From Spirochaetia bacterium (GTDB taxonomy: Bacteria; Spirochaetota; Spirochaetia; UBA9216): DNA of 64,000 nucleotides. The position numbers and the translations under genes were made by a program. The notes beneath the pieces are model-generated. The model was not told the DNA's origin. It did no database searches and worked only from the letters and a program-made list of their open reading frames with translations. The stretch is from contig OY776510.1 in assembly GCA_963675665.1 (NCBI GenBank), positions 1 through 64,000 of the forward strand, written 5' to 3'. Below, in pieces: positions 10,256 through 19,987 of the stretch; within the stretch, counting starts at the first letter, position 1; every line of letters starts with the position of its first letter.

Positions 10256-10795
10256 TTATGTCAAATCAAGATCAAAGACATCAAGAGCTTTTCCATCGCC
10301 CTCCCATTCAAGGGTTCCTTTGCATTTATGGCACCACCAGATTGTTTTAAGATATTTTTTCTCAACAAGCGTCGGGATTTGATCATAGAACTTTTTATTG
10401 TCCGGATACAGTTCGCTGTAAAAGTGATACAGCCCTTTTGTCCTTTTTCTGCCGTTACAACTCTTACAGACAAGAACCTGATTGTGAATTGCCTGGATAT
10501 GTTCACAAGTGGGGCACCGTTCGTTGATTTTCAGGGATTTCGGTATAATATGTTCCCGTTACAAATCTTCTTCGGTGCCACAGTAGGCGCATCTTCTTTC
10601 GGCATTTACAAGCTGTTTATCCTCCCGCAGGATCTAGGACCATTTAATCTCATTATCACGAAGCTCCCGGAATTTCACCTTAACAAATCCGTATAATTTC
10701 TTCTTTGCATCAGCCCCAATTGCACTTCTTGCGATGACCTTTGCATACTGGTAATAGATTAGATCTTTTATTGTCTTAACTTCTTTATCAGGCAA
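10256..10795 (-). pseudogene. HNH endonuclease pseudogene with two in-frame stops
   Basis: hand translation MPDKEVKTIKDLIYYQYAK...KWS*ILRED...CAYCGTEEDL*REHIIPKS...NQVLVCKSCNGRK; TAG at 10634-10636, TAA at 10559-10561. Confidence 0.85.
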
Positions 10796-10818
10796 GGTTT
10801 ACTCTATAACTTCATATA

Positions 10819-13665
10819 TCAAGCTGCTATTATTCCGTTAATAAATGTTTCGACAAAACCGAGGAGTTTTGCTGTTATTCGTTCTGCCGTGGTCTTGCGT
10901 TCCTTCAGAGCAGGGCGATTGTTCATCACTCCGATTATATCATCACGAAGCGGAACTTTTTCGGTAAACAGATAATTACCGATAAGCTCCTGGAGCCTGG
11001 CAGGTTCGATATCTTCCTCAAGTCCGATTTGTTGCAGGGCAAGAAGCTGTTCTTTATCCCAAAAAATCTGGAACGCCTCAGGGATATCGTCGGAATCTGC
11101 GATGAACGTAAGATTCTCGTTTATGAATTTCTCTATAAGCTCGCGCTTACTGCGCATATGAGCATCACCGGCAAGCAGATCAATGATTACTTTTTTCTGT
11201 TTTTCATACTCGCCTTCGTCGGCGTCTTTAAGATTAGCCAGCAGTTTCAGGATATAGGCTACGTTTATTTCATCACGGTGGATAAGCTCAAGCTCGAAAT
11301 CTATATCGTTGAGAATTGAGACCTTTTCCTTCTGATTATAGCCCTTCGCCTTATCATAGAGGTCCAGATACTTGCTCTTGTAATCTTCAAAACGCTGCTC
11401 GTCCATGGATAGATCACCAAAGCTGAATTGGGTAAAGGTTTTAAGCACGTTCCGGATGCGCATCAGCTCGCGGAAGATCTTTATAAACTCAAGCGCGGCA
11501 TTTTCATCGGGAAGATTGTTGACGCTGTCCACCGTGGGTGCAATCTTCAAGAGCTCAATATAAGCCTCATTAAACTTTCCGACATATTCTTCATAAGGCT
11601 GCATGATGATAATATCTTTGGCGTCCTTATTTGCAAATAGCGCTATTGCATCATCCGTAGCCTTCTTCAGATTTCTGAAACAGACTATATTACCCTGAGA
11701 CTTTAATTCATTGAGTATTCGGTTGGTACGGGAGTAGGCCTGAAGCAATCCGTGGTATTTAAGATTCTTATCCACAAAGAGGGTGTTAAGGTTTTTGCTG
11801 TCGAAGCCGGTGAGAAACATATTAACCACCAGGAGCAGATCAATTTGCCGGTGTTTAACCCGTTTGGCAAGATCATTGTAATAGTTATAGAAACTCTTGC
11901 TGTCGCGGGTGGTGAAGTTGGTACCGAACTGAGAGTTGTAATCGCCGATAAACTCCTCAAGCGAATCGCGGGAATGCTGATTCACAGGCCCGGCATCGGC
12001 CGCAAGGGCGTTACAGTCATCATCGATAAAAACACCCACGGCATCCTTATCATCCTCGTTTGCAGCATAGGAAAAGATAGTAGCCACCCTGAGGTTGTGC
12101 TCGCCTTTCTCTTTTTTAAGCCTGAACAGATGGTAATACTCGATAAGAACATCAATACTCTGCACCGCGAAGACAGCCGTAAACTCGCGGTTGTGAGTCT
12201 TGCGCCCGTGATTGGCGATTATGTAGTCAGTAATAATGTTCAGACGAGGCGGAGCATTCATTACCTCGGCACGGTCTATATCCTCAACCTCAATATCGAA
12301 AATATGCTCCTTCTTTTTAAAGGTACGGATATATTCGATGGAAAACTTAAGGACATTCTCATCACGGATGGCATCGGTAATAACATAGCGGTGAAGCATC
12401 TTGTCGAACAGCATCGACGTGGTGCGCTTGCCGTATTCGTTCGTACCCGCGTTCTCTTTAAAGATAGGCGTACCCGTAAAACCGAACATCTGACAGCTTC
12501 CGAAGAAACGCTTGATATCCTCATGCGTCTTACCGAACTGCGAACGATGACACTCGTCAAAGATAAAAACAACCCGCTTGTCTTTTAACGCCCCCATCCT
12601 GCCCAGATACTTCTTCTTACTGATGGCCGTGTTCAGCTTCTGTATAGTAGTGACAATGAGTTTATTATCACCCGCCATCTGCTTAACCAAAGTCTCTGTG
12701 TTATTCGTGCCGTCGATGCTCCCTTTGCTGAAGCTGTTGAACTCTTTGGTAGTCTGATAATCAAGATCCTTGCGATCGACTACAAAGACAACCTTGTGAA
12801 CCTTTGGAGAGCGCGTAAGAATCTGCGCAGTCTTGAATGAGGTAAGCGTCTTACCCGAACCCGTCGTATGCCAGATATAACCGTTTTTAACCGTCGTCTC
12901 AACCCGCTCAATAATAGCCTCGACCGCATAAAACTGATAAGGCCTGAGCACCATCAGGATCTTCTGCGACTCATTAAGAACCACATAGCGCGTAATCATC
13001 TTTGAGATATGACAGGGCTCAAGAAAGACATCGGCAAAATCGGAAAGCTGGGAGACAATTTTGTTGTTCACATCGGACCAGTAAAAAGTCTGCTTGAACG
13101 AACGCGCCTTTACCGGACCGTTGGCATAATACTTGGTATTCACCCCGTTACTGATTACAAAAATCTGAATAAACTGAAAAAGCCCCTGCCCCGCCGAATA
13201 CGAATGCCGCTCATAGCGGTTGGTCTGATTGAAGGCCTCCTTAAGCTCAAGCCCCCGCCGTTTAAGTTCAATCTGCACCAGCGGCAGACCGTTAAAAAGG
13301 AGCGTAACATCATAGCGGTTCCTGTAAGCATCCTCCATAGTAACCTGCCGCGTAACCTGAAACTCATTCTTGCACCACTGAAGCTGATTAATAAGCTCGA
13401 CCGTCTTATGCTCGCCCTCCTCGTTAATGTAAGGTACACGATCACGCAGGATCTTAGCCCGCTCAAAGATATTACCCTTGCTTATGTAGTTGAGGATCTG
13501 CTTAAAATCATTATCAGAAAGCTCAGTCTTATTATGAACCTCAAGCTGAACCCTGAGATTGGCAAGCAGCTCAGCCTCGTCCCTGACGACGACCTGCTTA
13601 TAGCCCAAACCGCACAACTGCTTTACAAGAGCATCCTCAAGAATAACCTCGGGCTGGGTAGTCAT
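10819..13665 (-). CDS. hsdR: type I restriction endonuclease subunit R
   Basis: YDVTLLFNGLPLVQIELK, WHTTGSGKT, DECHR, GFTGTP, MFLTGFD, QAYSRTNR; ATG overlaps the hsdS stop (TAATG). Confidence 0.96.
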   Translation of the reverse strand: MTTQPEVILEDALVKQLCGLGYKQVVVRDEAELLANLRVQLEVHNKTELSDNDFKQILNYISKGNIFERAKILRDRVPYINEEGEHKTVELINQLQWCKNEFQVTRQVTMEDAYRNRYDVTLLFNGLPLVQIELKRRGLELKEAFNQTNRYERHSYSAGQGLFQFIQIFVISNGVNTKYYANGPVKARSFKQTFYWSDVNNKIVSQLSDFADVFLEPCHISKMITRYVVLNESQKILMVLRPYQFYAVEAIIERVETTVKNGYIWHTTGSGKTLTSFKTAQILTRSPKVHKVVFVVDRKDLDYQTTKEFNSFSKGSIDGTNNTETLVKQMAGDNKLIVTTIQKLNTAISKKKYLGRMGALKDKRVVFIFDECHRSQFGKTHEDIKRFFGSCQMFGFTGTPIFKENAGTNEYGKRTTSMLFDKMLHRYVITDAIRDENVLKFSIEYIRTFKKKEHIFDIEVEDIDRAEVMNAPPRLNIITDYIIANHGRKTHNREFTAVFAVQSIDVLIEYYHLFRLKKEKGEHNLRVATIFSYAANEDDKDAVGVFIDDDCNALAADAGPVNQHSRDSLEEFIGDYNSQFGTNFTTRDSKSFYNYYNDLAKRVKHRQIDLLLVVNMFLTGFDSKNLNTLFVDKNLKYHGLLQAYSRTNRILNELKSQGNIVCFRNLKKATDDAIALFANKDAKDIIIMQPYEEYVGKFNEAYIELLKIAPTVDSVNNLPDENAALEFIKIFRELMRIRNVLKTFTQFSFGDLSMDEQRFEDYKSKYLDLYDKAKGYNQKEKVSILNDIDFELELIHRDEINVAYILKLLANLKDADEGEYEKQKKVIIDLLAGDAHMRSKRELIEKFINENLTFIADSDDIPEAFQIFWDKEQLLALQQIGLEEDIEPARLQELIGNYLFTEKVPLRDDIIGVMNNRPALKERKTTAERITAKLLGFVETFINGIIAA

Positions 13666-14867
13666 TACACAAACATCCTCTGAAGCAACCAATTTTTCCA
13701 GCTCTGAGACAACTCAATCTGTGAAGCAACCTGTTCGATAGCTCTGTCGATGGAGGAGAGGAAGGAAGCGATCTTTTGCTGTTCGGGGAGTGAGGGGATA
13801 AAAAATTTTAATGTTCGAAGATCATTTCCGGTAAATCCCTTGATAGATGTACCCTGAGCCAGTCGAATAAATCTACCTGAAAATGCACTGAAATAATAAG
13901 CCAGAAACCACGGATTCTCATTTGTTATCATATTGGTAAAATCCTGACTCGTACAAAGGTCTTGGCTTGAAACCGCGAATTTTCCGATCCCGACCCTCGA
14001 AACAATTAAAACACTATTTTTAGGAATAATCTTTGTTGCTGACTCCTTAACAGCCTTGCCCGTAATAAATCTTGTAATATTTATTTTAGAAATCGAATTC
14101 TCACATAAATCTGAACTGGAAATCCACGGGACATCACCCTTCCAATACTCTTCGTTTGTACTATCAGGAGTTCCGCCTCCAATGAATGAACCAATATCAC
14201 CCAGCTTTTTCTCTTCCCAATCAGGGAAATCATTATCGTTTTCATCCTTGAAGCGCAATTTCTGAGAGAAAATCTTCTGCATGATGCCTTTTTTGTATTG
14301 CTCCAGTGCTTCTTTCTTTTTCTGCAGCAGGCTGACACGTTTATCCACTGCGGTAAGGAAAACGGCTATGCGGGTTTGTTCGGGGAGTGTGGGGAATTTA
14401 AATCTACAATTAGAAAAATCTGTTTTATTAATTTGAGGAACAGCTTGGACTCCTGCAAGGAGTTTAATCCTTTTGCCATTTTTTAATAGTATAAAGTAAA
14501 TAAAATCATCGATATATTGTTTATGAGCTTCTAATGCATTTATCTGTTGATTAGTCACAGAGTTACAAGATGTCTGACCAACTTTGCCAATTGTTGAACC
14601 TATGGAGACAAAGAGCGTACTATTCTTCTTTATAATTCGTCCATTTCTAAAGCCTGCTTCTGTTAATGTAGTTTTAGTGGTTTCTATGTATCTACCGTTA
14701 TTTAGGTCCACAGGAGATATAAACAAATAGTCACCATCATAAAATTCTTTCACAGATGTTGGGGGAGTACTTCCCGTCGTTATTTTAGATATTTCCCCTA
14801 ATCTTTTCTCTTCCCACTCTCCTTCAAATCCTGGGAATCTCAGCCGGGGCACATTCTTATTGTTCAT
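13665..14867 (-). CDS. hsdS: type I R-M specificity subunit
   Basis: VPRLRFPGF, two WEEKxLG TRD starts, PTLPEQ/PSLPEQQKIA, LLQRMFV. Confidence 0.95.
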   Translation of the reverse strand: MNNKNVPRLRFPGFEGEWEEKRLGEISKITTGSTPPTSVKEFYDGDYLFISPVDLNNGRYIETTKTTLTEAGFRNGRIIKKNSTLFVSIGSTIGKVGQTSCNSVTNQQINALEAHKQYIDDFIYFILLKNGKRIKLLAGVQAVPQINKTDFSNCRFKFPTLPEQTRIAVFLTAVDKRVSLLQKKKEALEQYKKGIMQKIFSQKLRFKDENDNDFPDWEEKKLGDIGSFIGGGTPDSTNEEYWKGDVPWISSSDLCENSISKINITRFITGKAVKESATKIIPKNSVLIVSRVGIGKFAVSSQDLCTSQDFTNMITNENPWFLAYYFSAFSGRFIRLAQGTSIKGFTGNDLRTLKFFIPSLPEQQKIASFLSSIDRAIEQVASQIELSQSWKNWLLQRMFV

Positions 14868-15140
14868 CCATCATTCTCGTTTTTTCGAATATTTGGGGAA
14901 GGATAATCCGTGGCCATACCTGCGACGCTGATTTTTCCTCTTAGGGGGTTGTCCATGCCCCATAAATAGGCTTCAGGTACTTGTTTTTGGTCTTTAAACA
15001 TAGTTTAATCCCTTTGAATGATGGCTAATTATATCGTTGATGGGTATGATTGGGAAGAATAAAATCATTATGAAAAAGAAAAGACATTGCTTACAAGCTG
15101 ATTGTTTCTATTGATTTAAAACCTTAAATGTGAAAAATCA

Positions 15141-16148
15141 TTATTTTGAAATAATTCCATAGATTCTATTATCTAGTCTGATCGCAGAAATAAAGACATT
15201 GTAATCAGGCAATGATTTCCCATCACTAGTTCTCCATATTTTTGCATTTTCTATATCAAAACAGGTATTTCCAGTTTGAAATGTATTATATACACAACTT
15301 TCTAAAGGGACTCGCATGTTTTTGAATAAACACAGATTGGATTCAGAAGCAGCCTGATTGCGGGCTTGGGGAATCACCCTTAATGCTAATGTCTCAGGAC
15401 GATTATCCATCTTCATTCTCATTTCAGCAATGAAGATTAGGGTCGGATGAGTACAAAATTTTACTATTCCATTTGCTGTAGATAGTAAACTAGCAGTAGG
15501 GGCAAAATTTTCTCGGATCGAATTAACAATATCAAATGTCAAGTTGTTTTTTATTGATCCACGAAGATGGTGTCTGAGTAGATCCGGATAGAAAGCAAGA
15601 TTTCCAGCAATTTTATCCATTAGTCTTTCAATAGGATTTGTTCTAATAATTTCATCTCTCCTATATGGCAAGACTAGTTGTGGCGGTTCAGCTATACGGT
15701 GTGCGAATTCATGAAACCTGTTCCAATATGCTCTATATTCAGTATGTGTTAAGTTAAGTACTGCAACCCAACGGTCATTATCATCAGAAGCGGCATGCAT
15801 CCTTTGAAATAACCATGCATCGATATTCGGTTTATGTATTTCCTTTCTTACTTGAGTAAATCCTATTTCTTTCTTTTGTTTTAGATAACGAGACTCAAAG
15901 GTTTCTAGATCCTGGTCATTACGGAGTTCCTCGACCTTTACCTGGAAACTTTCGGCAATTTCATTAGCAAAGATTTCCCCTTTAGGTTTAATACCGATAG
16001 CAAATGGACGAACCATTTTTACACATGCGTCAATAATTTCTTTATCTTGTTCAACACAATTGCTCCATTCTTTACCAACATTGAGGTTTTTTACTATTGC
16101 GTCGAGTCTTAATCCATCTTCAATTGTAACATTGTATCTGTTTTCCAT
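15141..16148 (-). CDS. ImmA/IrrE-like zinc metallopeptidase (CapP-like)
   Basis: HEFAH zincin motif followed by ExxMDxxA; directly downstream of an XRE HTH gene. Confidence 0.72.
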   Translation of the reverse strand: MENRYNVTIEDGLRLDAIVKNLNVGKEWSNCVEQDKEIIDACVKMVRPFAIGIKPKGEIFANEIAESFQVKVEELRNDQDLETFESRYLKQKKEIGFTQVRKEIHKPNIDAWLFQRMHAASDDNDRWVAVLNLTHTEYRAYWNRFHEFAHRIAEPPQLVLPYRRDEIIRTNPIERLMDKIAGNLAFYPDLLRHHLRGSIKNNLTFDIVNSIRENFAPTASLLSTANGIVKFCTHPTLIFIAEMRMKMDNRPETLALRVIPQARNQAASESNLCLFKNMRVPLESCVYNTFQTGNTCFDIENAKIWRTSDGKSLPDYNVFISAIRLDNRIYGIISK

Positions 16149-16151
16149 ATA

Positions 16152-16583
16152 TCATTCCTTAAGAAAGGGCTTTACACTTTCATAAAAACTGATCCATTCG
16201 TTTTCACTCCATTCCGGTTCATTATTAGTTGATCGTCTTCCTACTAATGTTTTTTGACCCCTATAAATTTGTATTGTCGTTGAGAATTTAAGATTCAATT
16301 TTTCAGCAGCTTTTGAAAGTGCTATTGGAATATTAATAGTATTTTTATTGTCATCGTTATCAGTAGAAGGAGATAAAATCTCCTGAAGCGGGACCCTCAG
16401 AGCTTCTGCTAATCTATTCAGTTTTTCTCCAGAAATGTTTGAAAGTCCTCTTTCAACTTCTGACAAGTATGCAGGGCTGATATTACTCATTTTGGCCAGA
16501 GCGCTTCCTGTTAATCCTTTTTCTGTTCGTAATTTTCTTATATTTAACCCAATTTTTAACTTTAACTCGTCTTTTTCAGACAT
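16152..16583 (-). CDS. XRE-family HTH regulator (CapH-like)
   Basis: IRKLRTEKGLT..LA..SNISPAYLSEVERG; start moved to ATG 16583 after AGGAG. Confidence 0.85.
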   Translation of the reverse strand: MSEKDELKLKIGLNIRKLRTEKGLTGSALAKMSNISPAYLSEVERGLSNISGEKLNRLAEALRVPLQEILSPSTDNDDNKNTINIPIALSKAAEKLNLKFSTTIQIYRGQKTLVGRRSTNNEPEWSENEWISFYESVKPFLKE

Positions 16584-16599
16584 ATCTACTCCTTTTTTC

Positions 16600-16635
16600 T
16601 TGACAAAGTTCGGTATATCGTATATATTCGGTATA
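16600..16635 (+). promoter_or_regulatory. promoter of the Ubl operon with overlapping direct repeats (candidate operator)
   Basis: TTGACA-N17-TATATT; TTCGGTATA at 16609 and 16627. Confidence 0.6.
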
Positions 16636-16708
16636 ACAGATTTTAAATCTGTGGTATATGTTATTTTACGCCATACCATATTTTATGTCAAGGAATTTGG
16701 AGGTTCAA

Positions 16709-16960
16709 ATGAAACCTGAAAAAGACAAGATTTACGAGATAATTGTAAATGCAAAGAAAGTTCAAGTAGACCATAAAAGGGTCTCCTTTGAAGAAATTGT
16801 GATTATAGCTTTTGGTTCGTACACGCCATCGGAAACGGTAATTTATACTGTTACCTTCAGCAAAGGTGAGCATGGGCATGAAGGATCACTAGTTGCTGGT
16901 AAAACAGTCAATGTAAAAGATGGGATGGTGTTTAATGTCAAACAAACTAATAAGTCATAA
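16709..16960 (+). CDS. multiubiquitin-domain ubiquitin-like protein
   Basis: 83 aa, IIVN..VSFEEIV..YTVTF..GSL..G..V.VKDGMVFNV pattern; GGAGG RBS. Confidence 0.8.
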   Translation: MKPEKDKIYEIIVNAKKVQVDHKRVSFEEIVIIAFGSYTPSETVIYTVTFSKGEHGHEGSLVAGKTVNVKDGMVFNVKQTNKS

Positions 16961-18104
16961 TGCAGATCTATCTCGTCTAGTCAATGATGGTTATTCTGTT
17001 TCTTTGATTGATGGTTATTTAATTATTGAAAACGTCCCATATGTGAATTCCAAGAAAGAAATTGTCGGCGGCATCTTAATTTCAGAAATTTCGATTTCTG
17101 GTGATAAAATACTTCCTCCTGCCAATCATGTTATTCACTTTCAGGGTGATTGCCCTTGTGATAATCAGGGTAAACCGATCTCGTCAATAAAACACCAAAC
17201 GACAAATAGAAAAATAATGGAGGGGCTTATTTCCAATTATTCATTTTCAAATAAGCCAAAAGAAGGGTTCAATAATCACTATGATAAAATAACACACTAT
17301 CTTAGAATCCTTACCCATTATGCACAGGCAATCGATGAAGAAGCAAAAGCCAATAGCCCACATTTTGATTTCAATCATGAGTCTTCATTGAAGTATACAG
17401 ATACAAATTCTAGTCGATCTTTTATTTCTGCTGTGTCAAATAAAATAAAAAACCAAAAAATTGCAATTATTGGTATAGGAGGTACCGGATCATACATATT
17501 AGATTTTGTTGCAAAAACTGAGGTTAAAGAAATACACTTATACGATAGTGACGTTTTCTCCCAGCATAATGCATTCAGATCACCAGGTGCACCTGCAAAA
17601 GAAGTCTTTAATAAGGATATACCTAAAGTATCATATTTTAATAACATCTATTCTAATATGCATAACGGAATAGTCCTTCACGAAGAGGACATTACAAACA
17701 CTAATATGCAGAATCTTTCAGAGATGGATTGTGTGTTTGTTAGCATAGATATTTCTAAACCGAAGGGTTCCCTATTTCCATTCTTAATAGACAATAATAT
17801 TCCATTTATAGATGTAGGAATGGGAGTTGAGATTCAAGATGAACATTTATTCGGTATTTTGAGGGTAACTTCTATTACCCAAAACTGTCAAAATGCTTAT
17901 ATCGGCAAAGTTTCACTCCAAGATGAAGAAGATGATGTTTATGCTTCCAATATTCAGATTTCTGAACTTAATGCTTTGAATGCTGCACTTGCTGTTATTA
18001 AATGGAAAAAAATGTTTGGATTTTATGATGACCAAAATGACGAACACCATACTTTATATACTATAAATACAGGACAACTACTAAATGAAGACTGTTCGCT
18101 ATAA
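16935..18104 (+). CDS. E2-like (DUF6791-like) plus ThiF/E1 adenylyltransferase fusion
   Basis: N-terminal VPYV/HVIHFQG/FSNKP domain; IAIIGIGGTGSYILD, HLYDSD, HNAFR, IDVGMG, ELNALNAALAV. Confidence 0.82.
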   Translation: MSNKLISHNADLSRLVNDGYSVSLIDGYLIIENVPYVNSKKEIVGGILISEISISGDKILPPANHVIHFQGDCPCDNQGKPISSIKHQTTNRKIMEGLISNYSFSNKPKEGFNNHYDKITHYLRILTHYAQAIDEEAKANSPHFDFNHESSLKYTDTNSSRSFISAVSNKIKNQKIAIIGIGGTGSYILDFVAKTEVKEIHLYDSDVFSQHNAFRSPGAPAKEVFNKDIPKVSYFNNIYSNMHNGIVLHEEDITNTNMQNLSEMDCVFVSIDISKPKGSLFPFLIDNNIPFIDVGMGVEIQDEHLFGILRVTSITQNCQNAYIGKVSLQDEEDDVYASNIQISELNALNAALAVIKWKKMFGFYDDQNDEHHTLYTINTGQLLNEDCSL

Positions 18105-18480
18105 ATTTGTAGAATTTATTCCTGAAGAGCTTGAGGAAGGGGTATTGTTTGTCTCTACTAAGTACCAAATAGCAATACATTTATGCCCTTGTGGGTGTGG
18201 AAATAAAGTAGTAACACCTTTGTCACCAACAGATTGGAAGTTGGAATATAAAAATGGTTCTGTATCTCTTTCCCCTTCGATCGGAAATTGGTCTTTTAAA
18301 TGCAAATCGCACTATTGGATAAAAAATAATATAATAATTTGGGCAGAACCATTTTCTGACTATAAAATTGCTAGAATACGTGAACATGAGCGTAAAGAAA
18401 AAAAGCACTATTACAGAAAAAAGAAATGGGAGAAAATAAAAAAGATGTTCCATTTAATTTTCGCATCAAAAAAGTTATGA
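18085..18480 (+). CDS. DUF6527-family protein
   Basis: HLCPCGCG, SLSPSIGNWSFKCKSHYWI. Confidence 0.8.
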   Translation: MKTVRYKFVEFIPEELEEGVLFVSTKYQIAIHLCPCGCGNKVVTPLSPTDWKLEYKNGSVSLSPSIGNWSFKCKSHYWIKNNIIIWAEPFSDYKIARIREHERKEKKHYYRKKKWEKIKKMFHLIFASKKL

Positions 18481-18539
18481 TCTGCCTTTAAATCACCGTC
18501 ACGTTTCTCCGAAATATCCAATACGGTGTTCCTTTCGCT

Positions 18540-18741
18540 GAAATATCTGGTCATGGTTATGACCTCCTTCAAATATATTTCACCTTGCGATGCATCAATA
18601 CATTTTAAAACGAAGTCTATTCTCCCGGCTCTCCATTCCCGGAACAGTGGCTCCGCTCAGAACGGAATGCCGGCTCTCTTTAAAACAGGATAGTGGCTCT
18701 CATCTGCTGGACTGGCAGCTCAAAATACCCTGGTATACTCA
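18540..18741 (-). mobile_element. IS21-like left end remnant
   Basis: minus strand starts TGAGTATACCAGGG, then several GAGCC..TCC repeats, GAAGGAGG RBS and ATGACCAGATAT (istA-like MTRY start) with no further transposase. Confidence 0.5.
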
Positions 18742-18804
18742 TACCAATCATTAATAATTGTATTTAATAATGACAAACACACGCAATATCCTCAAATATT
18801 AATT

Positions 18805-19443
18805 TTATTTAGATAAATACTCTATATAATGTGGTTCAATAGTCGCCCATCGCCAAAAAATAATATCTATTACATTTAAACTATCGCCAGTTACTTCTAA
18901 AATTTCTGTACAAAGTTCCAAAGGATTTTTAAAACCTAGAGCATCAGCAATTCTCATTAAATGTCTATCTGGTTTAACTGTGGATACACCTAAATTTTTA
19001 AATAGATGTATTGTGGTTACAGGTCCAAGAAATTTAAATTGATAAAAATAATTTTCATTCTTTTGAATTAAATTATCCTTAACAACTTGAAACCCATTTT
19101 CATGTAAAAATTGAATAACGTCACAAACCCCATCCATTTTAGACTTATTATTAAAAATCTTCAAAGCTTGAATCTTATTTTTTTGTTTATTGCGATTCAA
19201 ATTATCAACATCTACCCAATTATTAAATGCATTAGATATTCCATCAAATTTTGTACGTAAGATGCTCTCTTTAAAACCAGAAGAGAAGATTACCCAGGCA
19301 TATTCTCTCAGAAAATCCGTTTCATTGATTTTCTCAATATCAATGTTTTCCTGCCACTCTATTTCATATTCATATCCGAAGTGGATAACTTGCTCTTTAA
19401 TATCTAAATATTTATCAATTACATTGTCTATCTTTTTTAACAT
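18805..19443 (-). CDS. HhH N-glycosylase/DNA lyase-like protein (type IV CBASS Cap11-like)
   Basis: FLREYAWVIFSSGF, FLGPVTTIHLFKNLG, VKPDRHLMRI; last gene of the operon. Confidence 0.8.
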   Translation of the reverse strand: MLKKIDNVIDKYLDIKEQVIHFGYEYEIEWQENIDIEKINETDFLREYAWVIFSSGFKESILRTKFDGISNAFNNWVDVDNLNRNKQKNKIQALKIFNNKSKMDGVCDVIQFLHENGFQVVKDNLIQKNENYFYQFKFLGPVTTIHLFKNLGVSTVKPDRHLMRIADALGFKNPLELCTEILEVTGDSLNVIDIIFWRWATIEPHYIEYLSK

Positions 19444-19987
19444 TATCCAAACAACCTAATTTCAATTTAATTCTAAGTAGTGTTAAAGAAATACCGGGAT
19501 TCTTTGACATTTCCATACTCACCTTTCTTTTATATAGATGTCTTGCTTTATACTTTAAAAACTTTGATTCTGGAATATCAATAATATCTTTCATAACAGC
19601 ATCATAGATTTCTGTAAAATCAATTTTTTCATTATTTTTGAAAGCATTACGATATTTATTTTTTAAATCCGACAATTTATTAATAGCAATTTGATGAAAC
19701 GAGATCAGTTCTTTCCAGTTTAACTTATTCTCTAATAAAGATAGAAAGAGAACTATAACTGAAAAAATAGCTGTTAAAATTTCTATTAAATTCTCTGGTA
19801 CATTTAGAAGTTGAGATAGTTTAGGCTCAGATAATAATAGAGCACAGGTAAAGACAGAAAAGAATAATAAACAAATATCTAAAATTTGACTTTTCAGTTT
19901 ATATTCATCCCGAGCTGATGAATGCATTGATAACATTTGATCTATAACTCGGTATTGTCTCTCATTTTCTTCAATTTTATTGGTCAT
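19415..19987 (-). CDS. 2TM SLATT-like CBASS membrane effector
   Basis: two hydrophobic helices then W....H motif; directly downstream of the cyclase. Confidence 0.75.
   Translation of the reverse strand: MTNKIEENERQYRVIDQMLSMHSSARDEYKLKSQILDICLLFFSVFTCALLLSEPKLSQLLNVPENLIEILTAIFSVIVLFLSLLENKLNWKELISFHQIAINKLSDLKNKYRNAFKNNEKIDFTEIYDAVMKDIIDIPESKFLKYKARHLYKRKVSMEMSKNPGISLTLLRIKLKLGCLDNVKKDRQCN

Noticed and set aside
10223-10696. 157-aa + ORF and 81-aa - ORF from the track
   Set aside because: the real coding frame is the interrupted HNH gene in another minus-strand frame
11752-13683. long + strand ORFs (278 and 224 aa) opposite hsdR, and similar ones opposite hsdM, eda and dgoD
   Set aside because: antisense shadows of well-conserved genes; no motifs or RBS
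14864-15001. 45-codon ORF (MFKDQKQVPEAYLWG...) overlapping the hsdS start
   Set aside because: too short; only faint resemblance to a nucleotidyltransferase N-terminus, probably a remnant
18610-18741. short spaced repeats as a CRISPR array
   Set aside because: repeats are degenerate and too short, with no cas genes; they fit an IS21-type end better
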